A stretch of DNA of 64,000 nt from the human T2T-CHM13v2.0 reference genome, Homo sapiens, in assembly GCF_009914755.1 (NCBI RefSeq), contig NC_060931.1; one strand, written 5' to 3'. Position 1 is the first letter of the stretch. Each line of letters starts with the position of its first letter. Below the pieces are notes generated by a model. It made no database searches. It was given only the letters and a program-made list of their open reading frames with translations, and was not told the origin of the DNA. Below are positions 40,936 through 53,060 of the stretch, one piece after another. The position numbers and the translations under genes are program-made.

Positions 40936-41595
40936 TTACACTAGTTAACATCCAACCATTTGGTAAAGAAACAGATGACTAAGTGGTCAGATAGGAATTA
41001 TAAAATTATAGTATCTCCCTGGAGATTATGTTGTCATGAGTGACAAGTAAGATCTGAAGATATGCTTAGTTATGTTTTTTGGCAATACGGGCAACATAAT
41101 GAAAATAGATAAAACTACCTTTTGTAGGATAATAAGTTATAGTTTTTTATACTGTTTAACCATATACAGTTTATATTTACGTGGTGATTAAGAAAATCAC
41201 CAGTTCTCTATCGCCCTGTTATTAAGTGACATGCCTATGTATCTTCCCTTTGTATCTGGTAGTGATTTATTTGTAGCCAAAATAATTCAGAAGAATTTAT
41301 GTTTCATAGCTTCCCAAATTAGGATATAAAAGCTAATGCAGCTTCAATTTTCTGCTTGGATTGTTTGCACTTGGAGCCTCGAGCCACCAAATAAAAAGCC
41401 CAAAAATTTTGATGCTGCCACACTATGAGGAGCCTCAGGCTACCTAGAGTGGCCACACGTAGGTGCTCCAGTAAATGGCCCCAACTAAAATTCTAGCTAA
41501 GGTTTAGAGTCAACTGCCAGATATGTGAATAAGCCAAAGCAGCTATTACCTGGGAATCAGCCTGGGGCCACAAACTAGAACACCTACATGTGGCC

Positions 41596-42533
41596 TGTTG
41601 TAGTATGCTATAAGATTAATAATAGCCATAATGCCCACTCAAACATCTCACTGGGCCTACACTATATGTCACTTAGCATTATGATGTAACCTCACCTGGG
41701 GACTTCCAGTCCTGGCTGAGAGATTACTGGGTCTCTATATAACAAACGGGACCTGAAAACCCTGGTTGCCCTAGAGACAAGGCCACCTCAACACAGATGC
41801 AACTTAACATAAACCTTAAAATGAAGCTTTACCCTTACAAACATGGCTTAAACTCTCTTTATAAAAGCAACACCTGGTAACTCCCCCAAACTGAATAGAT
41901 GTGTTAGAAAGGGGAAAGAATCTATCAAATGCTGAGAATGTTCTTTCAACTGTGACCTTTGATATGGTTTGGCTGTGTCCCCACCCAAATCTTACCTTGA
42001 ATTGTAATAATCCCCACATGTCAAGGGCAGGGCCAGGTGGAGATAATTGAATCATGGGGGTGATTTCCCCCATACCTTTCTCATGGTAGTGAGTAAGTCT
42101 CATAAGATCTGATAGTTTTATAAATGGGAGATCCCCTGCAACAAGCTCTCTTGCCTGCCACCATGTAAGATGTGCTTTTGCTTCTCCCTTGCCTTCCGCC
42201 ATGATTGTGAGGCCTCCCCAGCCATGTGGAACTGTGAGTGCATTAAACCTCTTTCCTGTATAAATCACCCAGTCTTGGGTATGTCTTTATTAGCAGCATG
42301 AGAACAGACTACTACAATAGTCTTGGTCAAGTGGTCATTTGGCTCCTGACCATATCTGGCCCAGGCCACTAGCCTGCTCCTGCGGCTCATCTTCTAAGAA
42401 TGCTACCAGAATAAGCTGCTTGAATATTGATTGGTGCCTCAGATTCATCTCTGATGTGAATAGGAGGAAAAGGGAAAAGCTGTCCCTGGGGAAGTGGCTC
42501 AACAAGGACCACCCAAGATGCCCAGACACAACA
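41596..42533 (+). mobile_element. Unassigned ERV solo LTR (split by THE1)
   Basis: TGTTG...CAACA termini, poly(A)-signal-like agaataag near 42409, interrupts MLT1-like sequence that rejoins on both sides. Confidence 0.7.
41960..42316 (+). mobile_element. THE1 (THE1B-like) solo LTR
   Basis: tgatatggtttggctgtgtccccacccaaatct...cattaaacctctttcc...cagcatgagaacagactactaca. Confidence 0.95.
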
Positions 42534-42919
42534 CCTGTCTGTTTGGACTGAGTTTCTTCATAGCATGGTGGCCTCAGGATAGCCAAACTTTTTACAGCCA
42601 AACTTTTTACATGAAGCTTCAGGACTCCAAAAGAATGTTCCAGCAATCAAGGTAGAACACTTCAATGATTACAGTCCAGCTGCCAGGTGACTTCAACTAC
42701 ATGAGACATCTCCAAGCAAAAACTTGGAACTTCCCTCAAGAAGATCCTTCCATAACTATCTCCTAACCCACAGAATCCATAGCATAATAAAATAGTTGTT
42801 TATGCTAGCAAGTTTTACGGTAGTTTGTTACTCAGCAATGGAAACTAGAATATGAACACTCTCACATTCATTACCTTGTTTCATTCTAAAAATAAATTTC
42901 ACAATTAGACATTTAACAG

Positions 42920-43030
42920 GCATTTTAATCATATCTTACAGGTGATAAAGTGAGGGTTAGACAATTCAAGCGGGTTTTCAAAGGTCGTGTGCCAAAAATG
43001 TGGCCATGCACTGAAAGCCAGAACTTTTAG
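42920..43030 (-). mobile_element. MIR fragment
   Basis: cttacaggtgataaagtgagggttagaca...ttttcaaaggtcgtgtgcc. Confidence 0.45.
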
Positions 43031-43089
43031 CATAGCTACATGTTCATATTATGTTGTATCTTATTGTTTCTCTGGGTGTGAAACAGATC

Positions 43090-43390
43090 CACAAGTGTTT
43101 CAAGCAGCAGTCTTCTATGCAGCAAATATGCCAAGCACTGTGACAGGTATTGCCAAAATAAAATGAAATAAATTATTTTTCCTGAAGGCATTTACAGTCA
43201 AGTAGAAAGGGAGAAGTTTAATCCAACAAATATAGCACAACTTAATAGGTCTTATAATATTGTTTTGCATAAGGTACAAGATGATTATGGAAAAAATATA
43301 AAGACTGGATTTAAAAGCAAGATGAATGTGTCAGGCTGTGAGGAAAGGTGTTAACTAGAGTCATAGAGAACAGAAAAGAATAGCACATGA
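43090..43390 (-). mobile_element. L2 3' region fragment
   Basis: tatgccaagcactgtgacaggtattg...cctgaaggcatttacagtcaagtag; more L2-like sequence at ~44315-44570. Confidence 0.55.
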
Positions 43391-43527
43391 AAAAAAATCC
43401 ATTCGAGGCTGCATATAATCAGTAATTAGTTTTCATGTGTAAACACAGCACTTTAAATTCACAAAACTACTTAGCCATGCTATGATTCAATAATATTTAT
43501 GTGTTTATTAAGCCCATAGGATTCTCT
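43377..43527 (+). repeat. Dispersed direct duplication, copy 2 (twin at 39421-39574)
   Basis: ~90% identical to copy 1; abuts (tc)n and the poly-T tail of a minus-strand Alu. Confidence 0.95.
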
Positions 43528-43536
43528 CTCTCTCTC

Positions 43537-43811
43537 TTTTTTTTTTTTTGAGACAGGGTCTTGTTCTGTCACCCAGGCTGGAGTGCAGTGCAACTTCCAC
43601 CTCCCAATTCAAGTGATCCTCCCACCTCAGCCTCCCAACTAACTGGGACCACAGGTGCATGCCACCATGCCCAGTTAATTTTTGTACTTTTTACTAGAGA
43701 AAGGATTTTCCTATGTTGGCCAGGCTGGACTCGAGCTCCTGAGCTCCAGTGATCTGCCTGCCTCAGCGTCCCAAAGTGTTGGGATTACAGGTGTGAGCCA
43801 CTATGCTAGGC
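43537..43811 (-). mobile_element. AluJ-type SINE with small deletion
   Basis: Poly-T, gagacagggtcttg...gatcctcccacctcagcc...ctcctgagctc...gtgagccact; no TSD seen. Confidence 0.92.
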
Positions 43812-45739
43812 TTTGCCAAGATAATTTAATTAAAATATCTGAATTAGGACATTGGAAACGGAGGTGGCAAGAAGTTGAGATACATAGGTTTGGTTCAATG
43901 TAGTTAGGTAACTGGGTACTGGTGCATAATATCAGTTTCCACATAAGGAAAAGCATAAGAACAACTGAGTTAAAGAATAATAATCTAAAGATAGAAATAT
44001 TATTTTTGGAAAAATTGAAAGGAATGCACATTTATTAAGCACCAAGCACTTAACAGATACTATGAACTTAACAGATAATATGAACTTCCGAAATGTTATA
44101 CTTCAATTCTAATAACAACCTCAAACAGTCATTCTAGTCTTGCTTTATTTGAAGATAATTAAGGTGAAGCTCAAAAATATAGTTTTAAATGCTAAGAAAT
44201 AAACGCAGAGAGGAAGTGGATGAAAATTGTATGTGGGACATAAAGCAAAGAGAAAAGACACAGAGGAGGGACTCAGTGAAACACAAACAAACAAACAAAC
44301 AAACAAAAAAAAACAGTAGGACCTGGATGTTTAGCTACACATATTGGGCATGACCCAGGGATGGGAGGCCTTGAAGATGAATATGAGAACTTGGAAACTT
44401 GGATTTGATTTCGCAGAAACAGGGAACCACTACAGATTCTTAGGTCAAGATGTGTGCAAAAGGATGCTTTAGGGTGATGGATATGAGTGGGATGAAATGA
44501 GGCTGGGAGAAGCCATGAATCAAGGAAAGAAGCCAAGAGACCCTAAGACATATTAGATCTGAGATAAAATAATATCTAGCTTCTTTCCTAACATCCCTTT
44601 CTCACTGACAATAGTGAAAATATTTTGGGTATTTTCACAAGTTCCCATGTTAATAATTCAAACATGATTTTTCTCTCTTTTCTATCTGTACGTAAGAGCG
44701 AACTAAGTAGACACAAGAAAGTGGGAGAAAAAAATTAATTTCAAATCTATAATTATACGACATTGGCAATACTGAAAATCAAATCCCTTTGTTAATTACA
44801 GAAGGTACGCATCTCAGACCATAAAATCAAGTATCTCAGAGATATACAGTTCCTTAATTTTATTTAAATTAGTTTAATTCGGACCACATGCTGCCATCTT
44901 GGCTGGCTGATGAGAAGGTACACAAGTTTTACAGATTTGCTTGGTGCTTGGAAACGGGTAATGATGTTTAATCTTCGGACCACCGTGGTCAACCACCATT
45001 GTCATTTTTTAATGTCAAGATTCTAGCGTCCCCGATCCTGATTCCAAATCACAAGTGTAACCTGAAACTTGTGCTGAAGCTGAAATCTACACTAAGATCC
45101 ATCTCTACAACACTAAGCCATCTCTACTGAGGTCTCCACATCCTCTATGCAGTCACCCACCATCTACTCATCTTAGTAATCTTCCTTTCTGTTCAGTGTC
45201 TCTTTCCTTCTTTCTCTCTCTCTCTCTCCTCTCTGTCACCCTCACCATTCTTCTCCCCTTCTCCTCAAAAGCATTATCTCGTCTCTTTCTATAACATCTT
45301 GCACAATAACAGGAGTAGTTCAAGCTTTAGGAAGAAAAAGCCAAGAGATTTAACTTGTAGGTTCATCCTTCTTGGGGTTCTATAACAAAGTTCTCCCTGA
45401 AGGCAATGGGGTATTGCAGCTTTTTGCCAAATTTCTGAAATTAAAGAGAAAAAAAACTGCATGGAAAAAAAAACACTAAAATTATCATATCTCAATTAAG
45501 GAAGAAGATTGTGGATATGTCTTTTGGCAATATGGAAAACACTTTTTAAATTTAATATACAAGCTTTAAACAGTCAGTGACACAAGCTAATTTTTTCTTG
45601 GGCTTATACATGTTCCATTGGAAATAAAGATATTCCAGAAGTACATGTGCTTGCGTAAGCATTGTGAGTAACAGGGATAGATTTTCCTTACACTGACTTA
45701 ATCATGCTCTCTGACAGCATTGCCCTAGTTTTCATATTT

Positions 45740-45955
45740 GGAAAGGTGGTCTGAGTGTTATTTTTTCCCCAAGTATTTAGTTCCCCCTCTGTGTGCAGGG
45801 GTCATATTCCCTGTCTCACCGACATAATTCTTGGCTGTGTGACTTCCCTTGGTCAATCGAAAGGACAGACATAACAAATAAGACTTTTGAAGGGAAGCTT
45901 TAATAACCATTTCATGATTTCATTATTACTCTTTTCCTCCTACCATAGCCCAGTA
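45740..45955 (+). mobile_element. Old MLT1 (J-like) LTR fragment
   Basis: cttggctgtgtgacttcccttggtcaat...gaagctttaataacc...ctcttttcctcctaccatagc. Confidence 0.55.
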
Positions 45956-46614
45956 ATACACTGGTAATGCAAAAATGTGACTCAGAAAAATAACATTATT
46001 TTAATATTAAACAAATGTATCATTCTCAAAGATCTATGAATAAGTTTCTTTACTGGTGCTTGGAAAATAAAATAATAGACCTTCATTATCTCCTTTTCAT
46101 TTTTGCTCACTCTTATTGAGGCTTGATGGATCCAAAGGATGGTGACGAGATATGCTGGTTATAAGACTTTCTGACATATGGTGCTGGAGTCATTCTATTA
46201 AAAAATGTCAGGCAGCTAGAGAACTGAAGGAGGATTTATTTTTGAGTGGTGTCTTTATAGTGAGCTTTGCCAGAGAGATGGCTCCTCATTGAGGTGAGAC
46301 AGTAGAAGATGGAGGGTGGAAGGGAAACATGATCAAATGCCATGGGCAACGTACAGTGGTTAGTGTCTGTGGCCTTGTTCTGTTTCTTTTCATTCCTGAT
46401 TAAGATCAGTCAGTCAAGACACCAGAAGATATTTTATCACCTAGAAGATAAAAATCAATAAAACGAACATTCCCTAAACTGTCTGCTTAGATGGAACGCC
46501 ACTTAATCACTTACACTATTTCTTTCATTTTTTATTTTTCTTTTACATCTAGGATTGACAAAATTGGAAAGGGAGCTAAGGGTTATTGAGCATGTTCCTT
46601 ATACTAGTACAGGA

Positions 46615-46830
46615 TGATAGTTAAGGTTATAGGTGATGGAGATATGCTGTTTACATTTAAGTCCGAACTCTGCCACTAAATAGTTGTGCAATACTGGGAT
46701 ACTTGTACTACTACTATTTGTCCAATAAGAATAATACTAACTTTCAGAAGATTATCTTAAAGGTTAATATTAAATGAGTCAATATATAGAAAGTGCTTAG
46801 AATTGTTCCTGACACATAGTAGGCACATAG
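46615..46830 (+). mobile_element. MIR
   Basis: ctctgccactaaatagttgtg...attaaatgagtcaatatatagaaagtgcttagaattgttcctgacacatagtagg. Confidence 0.75.
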
Positions 46831-47852
46831 TATTATATATTTATTTTTCATTAAAATCTCTTAAAATTCCAGGTGATGGTATGTAGTTTTAGGGAGAAAA
46901 CTTAGGAACAGAGTGGTTAATCAATATTCTCAAGATCATTTAGTTAACAAATTGCTAATTTTAAGATATAAATGTGTCAATCTTACAATGCTTACCTGCA
47001 TATTAAGTAGGATGGGCAATGGGTGGCTTAACTAAATGAAAGGGAGAGTGGCGCATTGGCTACTGGTGGAATGAACTGTGCTAAATTAAATTGTGGGAAA
47101 GAAAATATTTAAGATGATGATTTCAAATAACCAAGTAAAGTAAATTGTGGGAAAAAAGAGTGATTCAAGCAAAAGAATAACCTTCTTTTGTTTAGTTCCC
47201 AATAAATTTTTGTATTTTTATTTTGTAACAGAAAATGAAAGGTGCATAAGGAATTATCAAAAAATTCACCAAACTGTACTCCTATTCTGGACCCACTCAC
47301 TAGTAATATTGGAGCTACTGACCTTTAGAAGTCACTAATATTCATATCAAGTGTAGACATCTGGCCTTCTCTTTTTGATTTGGCCTAGAATGCTAATAAG
47401 GACTCTGTTTAATTTTAAATGTCTTGCACATTTATTATAAGGGGATTTAGCAAGTACAAGACCTTTATCCCCCAAGACTCCATAAGTGATCAGGCATCTC
47501 CAGGGATAATCCAGGCTGAACCTGTGAAATGTGCTCAACCTGTACATGGAGACAATAAAGAGAAATATCATAGCCACTCTAATACATTGAGAATAAAATG
47601 GCTGTTATCATAACAGGTAAAGCTGTGTTATAATCAGTTCAGGTACACAGCTGAAATGAAAGAAAGATTATTTAGATCGATATCTCCTGCTTTTTTACAA
47701 TAACTCATTGTCTCAAACATCTGAGAAAACAATGTTTTGGGGGTTTTATTGGTAAAGACCTGGTATTTTATTCTTGTTAAGAAGCCAGCTAGAAATGTGC
47801 TTAAAGATTCAAAAGGACTTAGAGAGGCATTCTTTCTTGTTCACATTTATCA

Positions 47853-48050
47853 TTTTTTTTCTTTTTTTTTAAAATATAGATGGGGTCTCTCTGTCACCCA
47901 GGCTGAGGTGCAGTGGTGCAGTCATAGCTCACTGAAGCTTCAAAGTCCTGGCTTCAAGTAATCCACCACCACAGCCTCCCAAATTGCTGGGATAACAGGC
48001 ATGAACAACTGCACCTGTGGGATTACAGGCATAAGCCACCACACCCAGAC
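47853..48050 (-). mobile_element. Alu monomer (FRAM/FAM-like or AluJ arm) with ~31-bp tandem duplication
   Basis: cccaggctgaggtgcagtggtgcagtcatagctcactg; tggga(t)aacaggcat...cacc occurs twice. Confidence 0.85.
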
Positions 48051-48964
48051 ATATTCATTCTTTATATGCTGGATTTTTATTAGAGCTCCAGTGTGGCAAT
48101 CAGAATTCTTTCTAGCAGAGTCTTCTATACAATTAAGTACCCAGTAGGTGAAATTTCATTAATAGGAACAACGTCAAGGAAAGATTGTATTTGATGCATC
48201 TCAATGTCCTCTCACTCCAGAACCACACCTGACATTTATCCTGGCAGCTATCTAACAATTTTCACACTAGGATTCATGGCAATGCTAAAAATTGTATTTA
48301 TGTTCATACTGAGGGATGGCTTGCATCCCAGCATTTTGTAATTATTCTACTTTACCTCCTGCTTCCTGCGGTCATTTTTGCTGTCCCAGTCTGCTCAGGG
48401 CCCTGAATATTGCAAATCTGATGTACTTCATACTATAGACCCCTTGGAATCTAAGTGGATGAGTATAACTAAAATCTCAGCTTCCAAAAGCTAAGACTGA
48501 ATAAGAGGCTAGGTGAGTTAGAACAGTCTGGAGAGCAGAGACCAGAGTTTTCCTCTGCTATTGTTCTGTGGAATGACGGGGGTCATTTGGACAAATCGCA
48601 CTATGTTGCAGTTTCTTCCTCTATGAAGAAGGTTAGTAAATGTGCCTCCTCTCACTCTCTCTCTCTAAAAAAAGTAAAATTTTTTACTGATAGTAATCAA
48701 TTAGATAATGATTCTGAAGCTTATGAGGCTCTTTATGCTGCCCAGAGAAATTCTTGATGCAAGTAAAAGGCATACCAGAAGTCTGTTCTCTTTACAACTA
48801 TTAGAAAACTAACATTCATGTGCTATTTCAAGGGAGAATGTCTTCCCAAGACACTAAAATGCATACCATGTGAGGTGTCAAACTTTTGGGTGACTAAAAG
48901 GAAACCTATTAAAATCATGACAAATGGCAAATTTGGGGGAAGTATAATATAAAATTATAGTTGA

Positions 48965-49357
<393 letters not shown>

Positions 49358-49437
49358 TAGAAAAATCAGCTTAGAATGTAAATTCATACAAAAACTGAGA
49401 AAAAAAGGGGGCAAACATATGGAAAATATATTTAGAC

Positions 49438-50120
49438 ACACTAGTGGCAAGTATCTGAGTCACTGGCAACAAATCTCTATGGGTCTACAGCAACCTCAAT
49501 TCTTGCCTTCTCAGAAGAAAGAATTGGACTGAGGGGCATAAGCGAGAAAAAGAGATGGAGGGAAGTTTCAGAGCAGAAGTGGAAGTTTATTAAAAAGCTT
49601 TAGAGCAGAAAAGAAAGGAAAGTGCGTTTGGAAGAGACCTAAATAGGCAACCGGAAGAACAAGTGCAATGTTTAACCTTGATCCTTGGACTCGATAGGCT
49701 GGCCCACCTCCACAGTCCTGTGTCCCTTTCCCATGATCCTTCCTTTAGGGTTGACTGCCCACCTGTGCAGTGCCCTGGTTACCCTTGGGAAGTGAGCACA
49801 CGCAGTGTGTTTAGGAAGTTGAACGCATGCCCATCTGAGGTTTTCTTCCCTTTTCCAGTGATGTGCCCTAGTAGGTCATCCTCTGCCATTTCATCTCTTA
49901 ATGCACATGCTCGGGAGGTTGTATCTCCCTGGCATCTGCATTTAATCAACACTTTAGTTCAACAGTTGTGGACCATGAGGAAATGGCTTCTCCCAGCACT
50001 GGCTGTGAGTTTATCACTTCTAGAGAGGCAATGTAGTAATTGCCAGACCATCACCTGACATTCCTAGTGGGTGGGGGAAGAGCCCTCTCCTGCCCCGCTC
50101 ATGCCTAACTACTGGTAAAA
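49438..50120 (-). mobile_element. ERV1 LTR, MER50-like (3' LTR)
   Basis: Minus strand starts ...agtagttaggcatgagcggggcaggagagggctc...cacccactaggaatgtc; AATAAA on minus at tttatt ~49587. Confidence 0.8.
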
Positions 50121-50630
50121 TGCCTCTCTCAAGAGCTCAAGACCCTAAATCTTTGGGGGAAAATGGACAAAGGTCAGTGTTCTGTAACTGCTTCCTGCTG
50201 ACAAAGGGGAAGTGGTGGTTCTGTTGGTCTTGGCCTCTTTCTAGCTGTCAGGGCAGGAGGGTGACTCCACGGGTTGGTGAAAGTGGTATGCAGCCAGGTC
50301 CAATAGAGACAGGGGCAGGGTTTTGCCTCTTTCCCGTTTCACTGTTGGGCATTCTAGGGGGTCCCTTGTAGAAGGTACCTCTTGAATATTGAAAGGATGG
50401 TACCCCTTACTGGGGATCATCTGGAGTTTGATGGCCTAAAGGTGAGGGGAGACAAATTGGGTTATTAGAATATGAGGAATGTTAAGTCAAAATAAGGGGG
50501 TGAGGACAGCTCCAAAAATTCTGAGGCTGCCAACATGCCCAGGTAACTGGTGGCTGTAGTCATGCCTGCAAAGACTTGGGTTCATAGGCTGCCAGCCATT
50601 TCCAATATGTGCCCAGAATTAGAATATGGA
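50121..50630 (-). mobile_element. ERV1 internal 3' remnant (MER4-group-like) adjoining the LTR
   Basis: Purine tract gagagaggca immediately 5' of the LTR on the minus strand; GC-richer ERV-like sequence ending abruptly near 50630. Confidence 0.65.
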
Positions 50631-51994
50631 TATTTGCCACAGCAACATTAGTAATCAAATAAATATAACAAAAAGTAATAATCCGATGTTCTTTTCCCCA
50701 TCTTTCCACTTAATAAAACTTAAAATGGCTAGTAGTAAATATGTTTTGTGGCTGTATGCAATATGCTAAAATTTTTTGTCATTAGATATCCAAAACTCTT
50801 TTTAAAAGTCCTTTTACTAGAATTTTATTTTTAATTTTTATTGTAAGAAAAAATCAGATAAATTCACCAAAATATTTGTAACAGATGTATACTGCATCAT
50901 TTTTATTATATAAGTGTCTTTTGATAGGGATTTACTTATATTATGATGAACACCTACAAAAAGGTAGCAGGCAGCTTCTAAATGGAAATAGCTGAATAAG
51001 TAGATAAATATGTAGAGAAGTACAGAGGACATTCATGTTAAACTACTTTTTACATATACATACATATACATGTACACAAACATACATACACTAATTTATC
51101 TGTAAACAAAATATACTTCATATTAAGGCATACAAGAGAACAAAAAGACTATGATGTCGATAAATAAATATAAGTAAATATTAACATTAAAATCATGAGC
51201 AATACAAATTATATGTTAGGGATTATGATTTTAAGAATTCAAGCAAAGATTTAGGCAATTTGTCTCTTTTTTGCCCTCTCGAATCAAAGCTAAAAGGAAC
51301 CTTCTAAAACCTGGGAGATAGCCTATAATATAATCAATAACTGATCTTGCCAAATGGATAGGGAAGATATTGATGGATATTCACACACGCATTTTTGTAT
51401 GTGAGGGCAGTTTTAACGCCAAATTGCAAAGTAGCTAACTCCACCCTGCCAGTTACAAACCTTTATTCTCACATCAGTTATACATTGTAACTGAAAAACT
51501 GTTCTTCAGAAAAGCTCTAAAATCCATCTGCAGGAAAATATCCTTGTAACCTCACCCAAGAATATTTGTACTTCATCTTTAGAATTATCTACACCAATGT
51601 TTTCAGATTTAGGGAGCATTGGGAGAGGTATTTGGAAATCTCCCTCTTTGCCAAAACACACTGGGTTAATGGTGTCTTCCTCTACCTCCACACCCCGCAG
51701 GGACCCTGGCATAAAATGATATCTACGGAAGTGGCTAGAAGGCTTACAGATCTTGAGCGGAGTCAATTTCAAAAGATCCTATCAGTCCGGGGGCAATAGG
51801 GATGAATTCAGCTTACCTTCCATCTCTAGAGTGACTGGGTGATTCTGTGAGAGAGGGCTATTTTGTAAAACAGCATTAACCAGTCTGGCTTTCAAATTTG
51901 CTAGAATCTTTAGGGATTTCAGATGTAGATAAAATGTCCTGTACTCTACTCACTCTGTTCCAGTTTTACGCTGCATAATAATGCCAGCTAACAT

Positions 51995-52975
51995 CTATGA
52001 AGATACTCTGTTCTCTCCACTCTTCTAAATGCTTTGTATATGTTAATTTATTTAAACCTTACAACAACCCTATGAGGCTGAAATTACCACTTTCATCTCC
52101 ATTTTATGTATATTAAAAAATTTAAAAAAAAACTAAGGAAGACAGAGGAAAATGCTTATGTAGCTTTTATATAGAAAAAAAACAGAATGTCTATCCAAGC
52201 AGTTTGACCCTAGAGTCTGTGATACGGAAACGGGGCAGAAAAGTGCTGGGTGGGGAAGGACGGGATCCCTGGTGAAGGCTCCACCCCCGGGCCTGTGCTC
52301 AGGGGCCTAAGTGAGGACAAGCATTTCTGTTTTTGCACCCCAATGTTACATTTTCCAAGACCACTCTGGCCCGCAATGCCCCGCTTCCTGTGACCATAAA
52401 AACCCCTAGACCCTAGAAGGCACACACACACAGGCAGCTGGACATCGAGAGGAACACACGGGGAGAAGAACACACTAACAGATGTCAGTAGGCTGTCGAT
52501 GACATGGACGCCAAGGGGAATTCAGCTGAGAGCCCGGCAGCTGAGCGGCCCAACTCCAGGGGAAGACCACCTTCCCACTCCATCCCCCTGCTGGCTCCCT
52601 ATCCATCTGCTGAGAGCTACTTCCACCCTTCAGTAAAACCTTGCACTCATTCTGCAAGCCCATGTGGCAATCTGATTCTTCCTGTACGCTATCTAAGTGA
52701 GCTGATTAACAAAAGCTGCCTCCAGACTGCTAAGCTGAAAGAGCGCACTGTAACACATGCCCACTAGAGCATTGGCAGCTGTAAATACTCAACCTAGACG
52801 CTGTTGCGGTCGTGGGGTCGGAGCCCAAGCTCCCAACGACCTGCCCATCTGCATGATCCCCCTAGGGGTTTGAGCTGTGGGGCGCAGAAGAAGCAAGCCA
52901 CACCCCTGTCGCATGCCCTGCTAGGGGGATAAGGGAAAACTCCTCCCGTTTCATCTGCACTCTCAACCATTATAC
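51995..52975 (-). mobile_element. MIR split by an LTR1-like insertion
   Basis: ttctaaatgctttgtatatgttaatttatttaaaccttacaacaaccctatgagg...gcagtttgaccctagagtctg [LTR] cactctcaaccattatac. Confidence 0.75.
52220..52953 (+). mobile_element. LTR1-family ERV1 solo LTR
   Basis: tgatacgg...ctccacccccgggcctgtgc...cataaaaaccc...agtaaaaccttgcactc...cccgtttca; 4-bp TSD tctg at 52216-52219 and 52954-52957. Confidence 0.88.
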
Positions 52976-53030
52976 CACTTGTCTTTCCGACTCACAGCTG
53001 ATGAGATTGCAAACATCTTAGATTCCCAAG

Positions 53031-53060
53031 ATTTGTAATGAGGAAAACCTCATTACAAAT
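53031..53060. repeat. Perfect 13-bp inverted repeat with 4-nt loop
   Basis: atttgtaatgagg-aaaa-cctcattacaaat. Confidence 0.95.

Larger units (their letters stand above)
41290..42852 (+). mobile_element. MLT1 (G/H-like) LTR hosting nested elements
   Basis: 5' part ggagcctcgagccacc...ggccacacgtaggtgctccag...caactgccagatatgtgaa; 3' part taacccacagaatcc...aataaaatagttgttt...gtagtttgttactcagcaatggaaactaga. Confidence 0.75.

Noticed and set aside
41816-42268. 150-aa minus-strand ORF
   Set aside because: Antisense read-through of the THE1 LTR and neighbouring LTR
42583-42612. Short tandem duplications (agccaaactttttac x2; similar ones near 580-620, 18438-18465, 30520-30590, 63530-63560)
   Set aside because: Ordinary slippage duplications; not CRISPR-like (no spacers) and no functional indication
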